Origin: Anthoceros angustus
Lineage: Eukaryota > Plantae > Anthocerotophyta
Direction of reading: 5' to 3'
DNA length: 64,000 nt
Assembly (NCBI GenBank): GCA_010909165.1
Contig: MU008184.1
Span: forward strand, 248,001 to 312,000
In this document: one piece after another, positions 1 to 14,419 of the stretch
Layout: every line of letters starts with the position of its first letter
Numbering within the stretch: the stretch's first letter is position 1
Notes under the pieces: generated by a model
Seen by the model: only the letters and a program-made list of their open reading frames with translations
Database searches by the model: none
Told to the model about the DNA's origin: nothing
Position numbers and translations under genes: made by a program

Positions 1-2616
1 CACTGCCAAAGCCACGGCTGCAGCACTGATACGACTCCTCCTTTCACTTGTTAAAGCCAGATGGAAGGCTAGCACTGCTGTCCTGATGAGCCACAATATT
101 GCGGAAAGCTCATTAAAATATAAGCTCCTCCATAGCCTCCAGTTTCCAGCAAGCGAGGCCAGTTGAGATACTTGCAAAAGAGAAGACCGCTACAAAACAT
201 TACCATAGTGATGCATGGCATGGTCGATCAGGAGCAAACACTTTGTCCATATTTGCCAGAAAGTCCTGTAATGTGTCCCATATAAGAAAAAAATACAGGG
301 GTACCTACTGCACAATCCACATTATGAAAAACCCACCAGAAGAAGATTTGAATTTTGGTCTTGTCGTGCAAAGTTTTTTGCCTTGAGATACTGTGCCTGA
401 TCCATGACAAGGAGGCCTTGAGTGCAGTTTGAGTAGCCACTTCACTTCACAGGAATACGCACTAAGCTGACCGGACAAAACAGGAAAGCACATACATGAA
501 GAGGGAACAGGGACTCCAGGATGCCATATCTCCAAAGCAATCGAACCGACCGTTCAGCAGAACCATATGCCATCAAAGTGTTAACTTCCAACATCAGCCG
601 CCCCTGCAGCCGAAACATGACACAGTGACTGCAAGAACTCACAAGTACTTTCCACAAAACAGCATTCTGAATCAGTGGAAGCATGCTTTATGCGTCTCCA
701 ATCACATACACCAAAACAAAGTCCCACTGCGGTTATTTCTTACCCCAGTGATTTGGGAAATTAAGTGCTTCTGAGCTTCCATAGCTTGTTCTGTGGCCCT
801 CGCTAGACTAAACTGAAGGCGCGCAGCAAAACGAATTGCTCGCAGCATCCTCACTGCAAACATTACCCACGAGAACTCCTTCAGATGGAATTCATTGATA
901 CTCAAGGGCAGAAAATGCTAACTCTCCTTTTCCGTCTTCCGTCCACCGGAAAAGCTGCCACATGCAACCTGACAAATGCTTTACCAGGGTCTTCTGCAAA
1001 AGAGTCTTTTGCACGAATCACAGTTCGGATCTGCAAATGAAAAACCAAAAACCAAACTCTTAGAAAAAAATTACGATATGAGCTGGCAAAATACAAGTTC
1101 CACAGTTACAATGTTGAGCCTCAATGATCCAACCTCATAAATTAAAAGCCCCATTCATACCTTGAGCTTCTTCAGATCCTGGAGACCGCCAACGTAATCA
1201 TATACAACTTTTTGAAAAGGGTCATACATGAGCCTGCAAGATCATTACCATATGCACCTCAGTAACAAGGTTATCGGTTCATAATCATATAAGAGCAGGG
1301 CAGTCTATAGACTTGCTGTGACGAGTGAGGGCAATGGTACCCATTAACTGTAAAATCACGTTTCTGGGAATTTTCCCACCGAGAAAAATCACTTTTATCC
1401 CAGTCATCAACTCCCTGTAAAGATTCTGGTCTCCTAGCAGATTTTTTAGGCCTAAAGCCCCCAAATGCCTTGAACGTGGTACTGAAACTTGAGACCTTTT
1501 ATTCCAACATCATGGGATGCATTATTTCCAGCTTCTGGGAAACAGCAGATTAAAAATGACAAAACGACGTGACTGCGTCACATAGGGCCACATAATAGAC
1601 AGCCTAAAGCACTCCTTATTGAGGTAAGCCAAGTGCTTACCTCAATAACTGATCCACCAGAAGGAATGAGGCATATGGGAAATCGCTTTCCTACAATCAA
1701 AGGTCTGCGTGGGAAGCCTTTCTGCACCTGTGGAACGGGTAAAAAGTAGCACAAACCAGCACCCATGAGCATTGAATATTGGATCCGGTTCCTATTGACA
1801 CTACATGAACAACAATAATAAAGCTACAGACCTCTTTCGGATTGGCAGTAGAGAGCACATCAAAATCCTTTGGAACTTGCTTCAATAGCAAATCTCGAAC
1901 GCTTCCTCCTACCAGATACGATTCATATCCTGGTCCAAATAGCCAGATACAACAGCTAATTTGCAGGGGCTCACACAAGAGAACAGTAGCTTCGAAGACG
2001 TGAACAACCTGATCTGTTAATGACTGGCAGAACACTCCCAAACAATCGTACCCAGACTATTCAGTCGATGAAGCACACTCCAGGCTGACTGTGGTATATG
2101 CTTAGCTGTCAGTCCATGCTCCTTCTCCTGAAGAGCAACAAGCTTCGCTTTCACCTTCTTCCCTGCAAAGAGGGCCAGATTCAATTTTACAAAAACACTG
2201 CAGCATTGTCCTTTGAAAACGAGGAAAAACAATGGGACATTGAAAAACAACCTGATGATGGCACTGCAGCCTTCCCAGCGGGAGATTGAGCCCGAGCTTC
2301 TTTTTCAGCAAGGTCTGAAGAGGAGACGGTCACTTCCACACACGTGCCCTGCACCTCCAAACCTGGCTGGCACTGCCACAGAACAAAAGTTACGCATGCC
2401 AGGACGCCCGCACCCAAGTTTTGTGCGGAGGACAGAAAGCATCACCCATGATTAAAACCACTGCAAAATCCATCCACACAAGCACCTGGAAAACCAAAGT
2501 ACCTGCTTGCACCATCTAGCCGAATAAAAGGAAGCTCTGGAAGCTTGCCGCCATCTGGCCAACAGTCTCTTCTGGAGTATCTCTCCTGCCATCCAATGTG
2601 TAATAACGCCTCTCAT
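1..2616 (-). CDS. Bacterial-type (PcnB-like) poly(A) polymerase / class II nucleotidyltransferase, multi-exon, 3' end runs off the window
   Basis: Exon translations: [21 protein letters not shown] (~1830-1930), IVGKRFPIC (~1670-1697), KRDFTVN (~1345-1365), [23 protein letters not shown] (~800-1010), [16 protein letters not shown]. Candidate ATG at 2616 opens an Arg-rich N-terminus ending at a GT donor; the start is approximate. Confidence 0.88.
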
Positions 2617-3067
2617 ACTAGAAACGTCCAAGACTATGCCGATGCATCATGAACGCGCCAAAAACATGGCTCAATTGCGGCTTCCTCATTGCATCGGGCT
2701 CCTGGTTGTAGACATTGCACCAACGTGTCTTGAGCCCGCAGTTTGAGTCCCTTGGGGTCGACTTTGCCACCCACCAAACCTGCAGAGTCGCCTCACTAAA
2801 GCCCTAAACCCTCCCTACACCCTTGTCCCCGGAACCTGTCGCAGCGCAGTGTAGTTTCGGATCAAAATTTTTAAACTACAAGCAACTGCCCCGAAGCGCA
2901 AACATGACTGCAGCCAGGATGACCGACAGTCGTCAGTTGTGTGGTACGCCGCCTAGCTTCAACAACGCCAAAGCATCAGCGATACCATCAGTGCCGTGCA
3001 AGCCTAATGTATTCAATCAGCAGCGCGGTCTACAGATTCGTGCAGAAGCAGGCGCGTTCGTAGTGCG

Positions 3068-4551
3068 ATGGCGAAGGATTTGGTGCTGCCTCTTAGCGCC
3101 ACTGCCGCGGCACTGCTCGCAGTACTGGCGGTGAAGCAGCTCGTTGTGAATCGGAAGCCCGCCTTCATCCAGTCGCTTCAAGGGAAGCATGTGTCGATCA
3201 CGGGAGGCTCCAGTGGTATTGGTCTGGCCATTGCCAAGCAGGCACTGGAAGAAGGGGCCTTCGTCAGTATCATGGGCCGGAGTGAGGCAAATCTCACCAA
3301 GGCCTGCTCTACTTTGCTGGAGACCACAAAGCGGAGCGCTGACAGCGTTTTCCTTAAGGTTTGATAAGCCGCTTCCCTTTCCGGGTACGGTATGGTGAGT
3401 TGGACCATCAAATGCATAACCGACCTGTAAGAGATGCTTTGCATTCTCCGCGATTCCTGATGCTGTCTTGCAGCTGGTTGAAGGTGGCCTGAACAGACAA
3501 CCTGCTGAGCACAGAAGTCTTTCTTTCCCTGAGTAGGTTCAGGTGAATCGCAGTCGATCTAAGAGTGGCGTGCACCGTGGATTCCTATGAATGAGATGTT
3601 GTTACTTTCTGGCAGGCTGTGGACGTAGGTGACGGGCCAGCTATCACGGCAGCAGTCCAAGAGGCGTTTGCGTGGAAGCCAATTGATGTTTTGGTTTGCA
3701 ATGCCGGGATAGCCCAGTCGAAGTATTTTACTGACTTCAGTCTCAAGGAGATTGAGAGTATTATCCAGATCAATCTGCTCGGGTCCCTGTACACAGCACA
3801 CGCAGCTCTTCCCCTTATGAAACAGCGCAGCGACTCCAATCCTTCGTCAATTGTCCTCATGAACTCGCTTGCGGGATTGGTAAGGCACTCAGGTCTTGAC
3901 TTTCAATGACCTTGTATGCAGCCGTCATTTCTAGACTTAGCAGGCAAGGCAAGAGGCAAGTGTTTTGTTGTGTTAATTTCATTCCTCGTCCTTTTCAGAT
4001 GCCGTTATACAAGGCCGTCCCCTACTCTGCCAGCAAGTGGGGCCAAAGGGGAATGGCGGAAGTGCTCAGGCTTGAGCTTCTGCCGCACAACATTCGATTG
4101 AGCGTGGTGTATCCGGGATACACTGCCACACCAATGCTTGATGTGGGTAAGCTTCCGATTGGGCTCTTCGACCGACTTTGCTTTATGCACCGACTCAGAT
4201 GTTCCTTTCTGATTTATGACGCCCGGCCACCATACTGCAGCTGAAGCGGAAGACGAAGGAGTGAAGGATATCTCTTCCTACAAAGGAGAAACTCAGGCCG
4301 AGTCAGTTGAACACGTTGCAAACTGTACTCTGGAGGGTGTCAAGCAGGGAGAATTCCATGTGTTGACGAGGCGTCGTGCTAAATACGTCTTTACATTCAC
4401 CAGAGGCTGTACCCCTCCGCCGACTCTCAGAGAGTGCCTGTGGGACGCAGTAGTCTACCTTCCGAACTTGCTAACCAGGTATCGATTGAATGCAAACTTG
4501 GAGAGACGGATTAGGATGTATGAGTCCAAGAGGCAACACGTCTCGCTCTGA
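3068..4551 (+). CDS. TSC10: Short-chain dehydrogenase/reductase, 3-ketodihydrosphingosine reductase (TSC10/KDSR-like); 4 exons 3068-3358, 3616-3879, 3999-4146, 4241-4551
   Basis: N-terminal TM anchor, HVSITGGSSGIG Rossmann motif, NAG, YSASK catalytic motif, GT-AG introns in frame. Family is clear; TSC10 orthology is inferred. Confidence 0.75.
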
Positions 4552-4771
4552 TTACGACATATATTTCTAGAGATGGCTCATACATATGGCCAGGGTTAGA
4601 GGCTCCGTGACTTTGATGTCTAACTCACGAGAGAAGGGACAATTTAAAGTCAGTGAGACTTTGTTGTCCACCTACATGTCTAGGTAGCTAAGCCCAAATG
4701 GTCATACATTTATAATGAAAACGAGCATTTGTACTTTGATCGACGATAGTTACATGAAGAAGAGAAGAATT

Positions 4772-5375
4772 TTATTTAAGTCCACCAGGGACGGATTGCT
4801 GTGACGCGACTTGGTACTTAACAAATTGTACCGGGACTTGGTACATACTTAACAAATTGTACCGAGACTTGGTACTTAACAACTTGTACCGGGACTTAGT
4901 ACTTAACAATTTTACTGGGACTTGGTACTTAACAACTTGTACCGGGACTTGGTACTTAACAATTTGTACCATGGTGTCTCTAAGCTATGTACTTGCACCA
5001 AGGATATACACTCCTTTTAGGCACCCCATTTAAGTATCGATTTGAGCGTAGGATGTTTAATAACGACGTTCATTTGGCCTAAATTTAAGTCCACTAAGGA
5101 CGATTTCATGGCCTAAATTTAAGTCCACTAATGACGATTTCGTCATGGGACTTGGTACTTAATTTTTGTACTATGGTGTGCCTAAGCTACTTGCACCAAG
5201 AGCATCCACTCCCTTTAGATACCCCATCTAAGTACTGATCTAAGCGTAGGATGCTTAATAACTACATTCTTATAAATGTGTGTCCATTTGGCCTAAGCCA
5301 TTATAAATGTGTATCCATTTGGCCTAAGCCATTTGGACATGGATGGCTTAAAGGAGTGAGTGCCCTTGGAGCTTC
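4772..5375. repeat. Small non-coding repeat element with 27-bp minisatellite (GACTTGGTACTTAACAA[AC]TTGTACCGG x~6, 4808-4970) and a duplicated larger unit
   Basis: Tandem units are visible. ATTTAAGTCCAC recurs at ~4774, ~5084, ~5117; 4970-5070 is repeated at ~5170-5265. Confidence 0.75.
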
Positions 5376-5899
5376 CGTAAATTAATTAAAATATAGTAAA
5401 ATATTGAAAATATAAACATAAATATAACATTTCATTAATTAAAAACAACTATTTCAGCATTACCCAGATAAACCATCCCTCGGGGTATGGTAAACTACTA
5501 CCATGGTACAATTGTTACCATGTTGTTGACAGGAAATTTCATCAAACTTCTTCTTTTCTTAAAAGAGACTTTTTCTTCTTCCTCCAGGTCTCATGTGCAT
5601 ACACTTCTTGATTTTCTTCTAGGTCTCATGAGTATACAGGCTGGTAGTTGGCGCTTCGGGGTGAAGCTTCCGCTAAATGGGACTTCACGTCATTGTGACA
5701 GTTTAGAGAACACGTTGTCTCCTAAGAGCAACAAGCTCGTGCTTTTCACAAAAGTGAAACGGATCACCTGCACTCAGATCCTCCGCTTGTAGTCTCAAGG
5801 CAAAAACTGAATGTATATAGCTCCAACTGCATAGTAGAGAGGCAGAATGCGCCTACAGTCACCTACACCTACAAGAACTCCAACCCTGGTCCGAGAGCC

Positions 5900-6502
5900 T
5901 CATACATGAGAGACCACCACGGGTGCCGGTGGAGCTCCTGTCCCAAGGAATGACAAAAAGCCTCCAGGAGCTTCCTGGTCGTCCAGGAAGAGGTCATCCG
6001 GCACTCGAAGGGCACCATGTACAGAGATGACAAGGGACCCAAAAAGTCCTGCCCAGATGAGAAGAGATCCAATGTTGGTGATGAAGACCACCAGGACGGA
6101 GAAGGCCGACAGCAGGATCAGGACCTCCCTTTCACTGAACGTTCTGTTGAACAGAACCAGGGGCTCAGTCCGGAAGAAGTAAAGCAAGACCCAGGCTGCC
6201 ACAAGCAGAGCCAAGACGATGAGGGATCCCAGATTCCACAACAGGCTCAGTGCCACCACTCCAAGTAGAACGATGATGTAGTTAATCCTGAAGTAGGTCA
6301 CGTTCTTCTTCAGCCTGCTACTGGCCTCAGCCAAGGACTCTGGCTTGGCAAAGGCGTTCCGATCCACCATTTCCGCCCATGGCCGCCGTTGTGAGAGCGC
6401 AAACTTGGCGGCCTCGAAGAACCTGGCCATGAATAGACGGGCTGCGGGTGACGCTTGCAAGCCTCCTCCTGATTGCAAGCTTCCCGATTGAGAGAGAGCC
6501 AT
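5900..6502 (-). CDS. PRA1: PRA1 (prenylated Rab acceptor) family protein, B-type, intronless CDS
   Basis: RRPWAEMVDRNAFAKPESLAEASSRLKKNVTYFRINY, hydrophobic hairpins, HGALRVPDDLFLDDQE. First ATG (MALSQ) at 6502. Confidence 0.93.
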   Translation of the reverse strand: MALSQSGSLQSGGGLQASPAARLFMARFFEAAKFALSQRRPWAEMVDRNAFAKPESLAEASSRLKKNVTYFRINYIIVLLGVVALSLLWNLGSLIVLALLVAAWVLLYFFRTEPLVLFNRTFSEREVLILLSAFSVLVVFITNIGSLLIWAGLFGSLVISVHGALRVPDDLFLDDQEAPGGFLSFLGTGAPPAPVVVSHV

Positions 6503-6875
6503 GATTCCACGACCTCGGTGGCCCACTCAACCCTACACAAGCCCACTGCGGGTGCAAACAACACCAGTCTATCAGCAACCTAACCAACGGACCTCAACCC
6601 TGCCCCATCCGATCGTGATAATGGTTGCAGCACCATGCCAAGAAACCAAAGCCCACACGGCCTCCATGTGCAACTTACAACTAACAGTGATGAGCTATTA
6701 GACGACAAGACACCACAACACAGGGATTGCATGTGCACCTCACAAACCGGAGTCTCAGGTCCTCCCCTGCTGCCGTATGCGGAGCTCGCAGCAACCAGCT
6801 CCGAATCCAAAAACCCGGTCACACCCAGATCTCCAGCAATGGCGAGCGGGCGATCTGTTCGACGGTAGCAGCTGC

Positions 6876-6903
6876 ACAACAACAGCAGCAGCAGCAGCAG
6901 CAG
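6876..6903. repeat. (CAA/CAG)n microsatellite upstream of PRA1
   Basis: caacaacagcagcagcagcagcagcag. Confidence 0.8.
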
Positions 6904-8134
6904 GAACGCCAGAACCCTAAGACGATTCACCAACAGGATCGGTTGCGACTGTCGAGCAAGGCGGCACGCACTGCTGGATCACACCCACACAGACGAGTGC
7001 GCCCGCGCAAAAAAAAAAAAGGAAAGTGAGAACCACTTCCAGATCTGGCAGATGGCAAGCCCGTGAGAGAAACCCAAAGGCAAAGAAACCCTGCGAGGCA
7101 AGCGGATTTTGAAGGAGGAAGCGTTGGTCCTTTCCGGTGGTGGCCACCGCCAGGTGGCCGTTCGACAGTAGGTAGTTTATTAACTATATTATGGAGGCTA
7201 ATAACCCAACCGTGTGACTAGTTTTGAAAGTCGCTTTAGTTACTCCAGTCCCGGCAGTGGGAAAGTTCCAAATCCGCACAAACGAGAAACCGCTCCATTC
7301 ACGAATGAATCGTACCTGTGGTGAACAGTTCGGTTACTTCCCGACTATGGATTATGGCTGACGGTGCTAATGCTGACTAGCCGTGTGGTCAGTTATGTAC
7401 GTACCTATGTATGTACATACTGTAGTATGTACCTCGAGCTACGAAACGGCACTACGGCAACGATAGTAGAAATGATCTCATTCAAAGATGTGAAACCTCT
7501 AATTTGTTCCATTAACTATGCCGGCGGCAAATCTCTAAAGAACGGAGGACTTAGGCGGATTCGCATGTGGGCACCTCCGCTTCCGGAATGACATTTTGGC
7601 GGAAAAATGGCCCCATGAGACCATCTTTAGCATACGGAAGGCCTGCCCTATGTTTACGGTAGGGGGGCTTTTTTTAGGTGGTTGTAATCGGTTCCGGCTC
7701 CCGGAAAGAGCTACGACGGTCAGATCCGGCAGCCCGTATAGCCGGTGTTCATTTTGGGTCTTCAACACTGAGATCTACAAATTCACATCTCGCGAGGAGC
7801 TCCTGTCTCGCAAGTCTCGCGATTTTGAGAGGAGCTCATGACTTGCACCAATTCTTCTTGATAACCTAGGAGTGGAAGATGGAGCGACTGTAAGGATTTG
7901 CTTTTCTCCACAACGTTAATGGACCGTCATCAAAGGCATTGTTTGTGGTGCCTTCTCCCATGCCGTAACGCCCCACTTTTACGCCATTGGAGAGCTCCTC
8001 TCAAGAAGAGAGGAACCGATGAGCCGAACTCAGATCTTGCAGTGCAAAACGTGAAGATTTTGATCGACACCTTGTGTGGCAACAAGGAAAGGACCAAGAT
8101 AGCAGTCGCTGGGCTGCCATTGCGCCTGGTTGCC

Positions 8135-9660
8135 ACCGCCCATGGGTAGGCAGAGTGTTAGGGGAGGGCCGGACGGCCGGCGCCCATGGGCAGGCGTGTT
8201 GGGGGCGGCGCCCATGGGCGGCGCCCATGGGCAGGCGTGTTGGGGGCGGCGCCCATGGGCAGGTGTTAGGCGGCGCGCCCATGGGCGGGGTGTGCTAGGG
8301 GAGGACGCCGGACGGCCGGCGCCCTCCCCTTGCTCCACCCGCATGCACCGACGGGTGGTGCTAAGGAAGGGCGCCGGTCGGCCGGCGCCCTCCCAGGTGA
8401 AGCTAGGGGGGGGACAAGAAGGGAACGGTAGGTATCCTATCACCGATGGAAGATGTGGCCCATTTGCAGGAAGGGTTAAAAGATTTGCGTCCATAGGTGA
8501 CTGTTGAAGAGTACAAGTGGTGGGAAGCCTTTTGGGTGGACCGGAAGGAGATTGCTATCATTGTGGAGAATAACATTGGGCTAGTGCTACAACGTCCTTA
8601 GAAGTGGTTTTCACATGCAGAAGTGGATCATACAGCCTGACCACTTCAAGTGCCAGATGAAGCTTTGGTAGATGAGGCATTATTGAGGGACCTCCCATAG
8701 CGTGATATGTAGTTGGGGGCATATCAAAATGCCGGAAGGCAACAGTGGGAATGGCGCGGATGAATGGGGACATAATGAAAATCTTGAAGGGGATGTTTCT
8801 GGCAGTGCCGTGCACTATGGACACTCATAACAGGCCATTCTGGATTGGGGAGAGTCATTGACGCGAAGCTAGATGCACCACGACCTCACTTTCTTATCCA
8901 CTGGTATCGGACCGAGCACACAGATGCGTACGAAGGGAGATATGTGTAGGAATACATAGTTCGTCAGAGTGCCAACCCATCTGGTCTGATGCCGAGGAAA
9001 AAAGGGAATAAGGTTTATTACCCAAAAAACATACAGGAGGTGTTTGTGAATGAAACAGCCATCCTGTATTATGGGTTTGTGTTGAATGCACGGAAACATG
9101 TGTATGTGGTGGACAAAAATGTGATAAGGGATAAGCTCTGCGAGTTGCGCGGCTTCATACAGCCTGCGAATCAAAGTGCCATTGAAGATAGTGATGACAA
9201 TGTGGGGAAGCTGGACCAAGTGATGACGAAGGATTGAACTCTGGTGATGAGTGAAACTGAAATCACGGTTTGTCATGGGGTCCCAGAGTGAATGTTGTAC
9301 CTCTAGTTCCAGATGTTGCTGTGTTTTGGAAATACCCTGTCCGTGGCTTTTGTTGTGTCCTTACTAAACCACATTTTCCTCCCAAAACTGAATTTACAGT
9401 CGTCCCTTTTTGGCAAGAACGACCTTCCTTACCGTTCCTACTTTGCATTAATCCCATAGATTCGAGTTTGCAACCACCATTCGACAGAAACATTGCTGGA
9501 TGGAAAGTAGGAACTTTAGTGGGTGACACCCTTTTTTTTCGGAGATGTTTTCCGGAATGCCTTAAAAACGCTGTTTTAGGGCCCATCAAAAACCCCCTTC
9601 AGAGATTATTTACGGAAAACCCACTTCGAGATTATTCACCCCCTTCAAAAATTATAATGT
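8135..9660 (+). mobile_element. Degenerate unclassified repeat element (family X): GC-rich GGCGCC/CCCATGGG repeat array (8135-8400), a decayed ORF (8445-9237) and a non-coding tail
   Basis: 9110-9660 and the GC array are homologous in inverted orientation to ~40495-41995. For example gcccatcaaaaacccccttcagagattatttacggaaaaccc at ~9581 matches the reverse complement of ~40530-40573. Confidence 0.65.
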
Positions 9661-11405
9661 GTGACAATCCCTCAACTTCACTTCCTTACGAGTTGAGAAC
9701 TTCAGACCCTTGGTGGACCTATCTTGTTTCTCGTACTCGTTCATCTATGGTATTTCCATTACTAGCTCTAGGAATTCCCGGTTATATTTTGAAACACTCC
9801 GACGCTGCACCATTCCGCACCAATTTGTCCCTGGCTACCTCAAGCCCCTCGCTTGGTACAAAAGCACCTCGTATTTCCGTTAGAAATCCCCCCAGATCCG
9901 TAAAAGCTGCAATTTGTCTAGTTCCTACCTGCCGTTGGCGCTAAAGCCCCCAAGTCGAGGCGGTGCCCCGCAAAAAGCTACTGCCACATCCACTTGTTGT
10001 GCTGCAGGTATATATTAGCTGCAGTCGAATGTACCTCTTCATCTGATCAATCCACCAATCAACCTGCCCAGGTTCTTCCCTCCCATCCAGATACTTGGGC
10101 TTTGCAGCCTTCACGCGGCCCAAGCCCTCTTGTCCATGTTGAGGACCCACCGGCCCTCAAGTTTGCAGGGCTGCCTGCAGCGTAGCCTCTAGTTGTGCAA
10201 TCCTTTCAACCGAAGCCTGTTCTAACCGCGCAATCCGCTCGTTGGAGGCTGCCAATAGTTGTGCAAGCCTCCTCCCACCGATCCCAGACTCGCCCATCCT
10301 AGTCTCAGCGTTGTTGCCCCCGCCTAGCTCGTGTTGGATCCATGGCTGTCGGCCGCTCCTCCAAAATCACTACCAGAGGCAGCGGCGGCTCCCACTCTCT
10401 AGTTACTAAGGCCAAGGTGGCAGCGTGCTTAGGCAGGACTGGGTAATCACCATGGGATAGAACTTTCGCACGCCATTGCCGTGACAGAGGGACTTTGACC
10501 TCTGAAAAGTATCGCTCCAGCCCTTGTGTTGAGAGTCCCAGCCGGCCCTCCACTTCTGCCACCAGTCCTAGCTACGGGCTATGGTGCTCTTGGCTCCACG
10601 GACTATTGGGAGGGAGTTGCGAACGCCTGTATAGCTGCTCGAGAAGGAGCCGACCCCATAATATCCAGTATGGGCATCCTTCATGTGGAACGTGCGCCAA
10701 TTCCAGGCCGTAAGAGAACAACTATCATAGATTCGCTCCTGATGGTGGAAATTTTGCCGTGATCCATCTAAACAGGGCCAGCAGCTCTTGCCAATCTCCA
10801 GGAAGCGCAGGCAGGTCAAGGTCTCTGTAATCGCTCCGGGGCTGATGCAGGTTGTGGGGCTCCATCGTCCTGAACAAAGGACATGGCTCTGATACCAGTT
10901 GTCACAGCAGCTATGCCAAAGATTAAAACCCTACGACTGCCTCCTCATTGGTGGTCAGGCCCTCCATATTTATGATCTCAACCGCAATCTATGGCGGGAT
11001 TACATAGGAAAACAGTCCCTGAAGATGCCTGGGCTATTAGACACCTATATCCTCTTGCTGATTTACCTAACAATAGGAAAACAGTCCTTGACGGTGCCTG
11101 GGCTACTAGACACTTTTATCCTCTCGCTGATTTACCTAACAAAGGATTTGGTTGTGGGTTACTAGACACCTGTATCCTCTCGTTGATTTACCTAACAAAG
11201 GATTTGGTTGTGGGGCTCCCTCCTGCATCCTCGCACATCCTCCTACCATCGCTCTTTGCTGCATCCTCCTACATCCTCCCACAATCTCTCCCTCCTGCAT
11301 CCTCCTACATCCTCTCGCAATTGCTCCCTCCGCAGTCGCTCGCTCCTGCCAATTGCAGTGTAGCCGCAAGCTTGGGAGGTTGGGAGTTGTTGGTTGATTG
11401 TGACA
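9655..11405 (-). mobile_element. 3'-truncated Ty3/gypsy LTR retrotransposon: 5' LTR 11405-10900, tRNA-iMet PBS 10897-10884, decayed gag ~10343-9655
   Basis: The LTR is bounded by TGTCACA...TGTGACA and followed on the minus strand by TGGTATCAGAGCCA. Minus-strand gag motifs: KPKYLDGREEPGQVDWWIDQMKRY, ARDKLV..SVSKYNREFLELV, KGLKFSTRKEV, with stops and frameshifts. The LTR has internal ~70-bp repeats (11007-11210). Confidence 0.85.
10884..10897 (-). promoter_or_regulatory. Primer-binding site complementary to the initiator tRNA-Met 3' end
   Basis: Minus strand TGGTATCAGAGCCA, 2 nt from the LTR end. Confidence 0.9.
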
Positions 11406-11633
11406 ATCGTTGGTCCATACCAATCAAAATGAACCAGGGGTTGTGATCTTTCGATATGTACAATCCACAATCGATCAGATAATTAGATTTAGGTTGGAAA
11501 TACCATTGTGAATGCTGCCATGCTTGCCCTGCTCACTCACTTGCTAGACCTAGTAAAAGGCCATAGTAAAATTGTCGACGGATAAAGCCCTATTTACAGA
11601 ACACAGTAAAGTGGAACTGGTTTTGGCGGGTGA

Positions 11634-13631
<1,998 letters not shown>

Positions 13632-13857
13632 CAACCGGGTGGCAGTGTCAATTTTGATCTTTGAGGTGAAAGGCGTGCCGTCCCAACACGTATCCAGCAA
13701 GTCCGAGAATGAAGAGGGTGGAGAATCTGCGCAGGGCTGCGAACACTAGTGCTGAGAATCTGAGCATCCGGGCCAAGTCTGAGAATTCTATGTAGTGCTG
13801 AGAATCTGGGGCATCTCGAAAACAAGGGAAGCTGTCTAATCCAGTCGGGTTCTGTAC

Positions 13858-14011
13858 AATTAGGTACTAATCAGTTGGCATGAATTAGCTAGTAATCAGG
13901 TGGCAAGAATTAGGTAGTAACCAGTTGGCATGAATTAGGTTGTAACCTGTTGGCATGAATCAGGTAGTAATCAGCTCGCATGAATTAGGTAGTAATCGGT
14001 TGGCATGAATT
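13858..14011. repeat. 25-bp minisatellite x6 (AATTAGGTAGTAATCAGTTGGCATG)
   Basis: Six consecutive degenerate units downstream of MSI1. Confidence 0.9.
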
Positions 14012-14419
14012 CTGCATCAGTGCCATAGCTCACATGTGAGACTCCTCAAGACGACCGCATCCGATTGGTGAGCCTCCTACTTGGAGATGAAATGGAACGG
14101 TCGTGTTTTCACATTTCGGTCTAATTGGATGACGTCTCTTCCGTCAGTGTGTCGCAACCGGAACAACATGTGCTCTTCTTGTGGTATGGTCACGGTATAG
14201 CCGCTCGCCCTGTGAGCCTTCCCACACCGAGAAATCGCGGCACGCCGAAAATGGTGTCCACCACTGCAGTGGTCAACAAATTTAGCTGTCACAGAGCTGC
14301 AGTTGCACGGGGTGACAGAGCACGGTAGCTGGATGATGCCTGGAGGCTGGGATCTTCGTCACGGAAAGGAAATCGTAAGGGCTGGTGCAACCCTTGGATT
14401 TCCTTTCCCGTCACGAAAA

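Noticed and set aside
9270-9944. 224-aa plus-strand ORF
   Set aside because: Spans the junction of family X and the antisense strand of gag; no recognisable domain.
13858-14011. 25-bp repeats as CRISPR or iterons
   Set aside because: Plain head-to-tail minisatellite without spacers.
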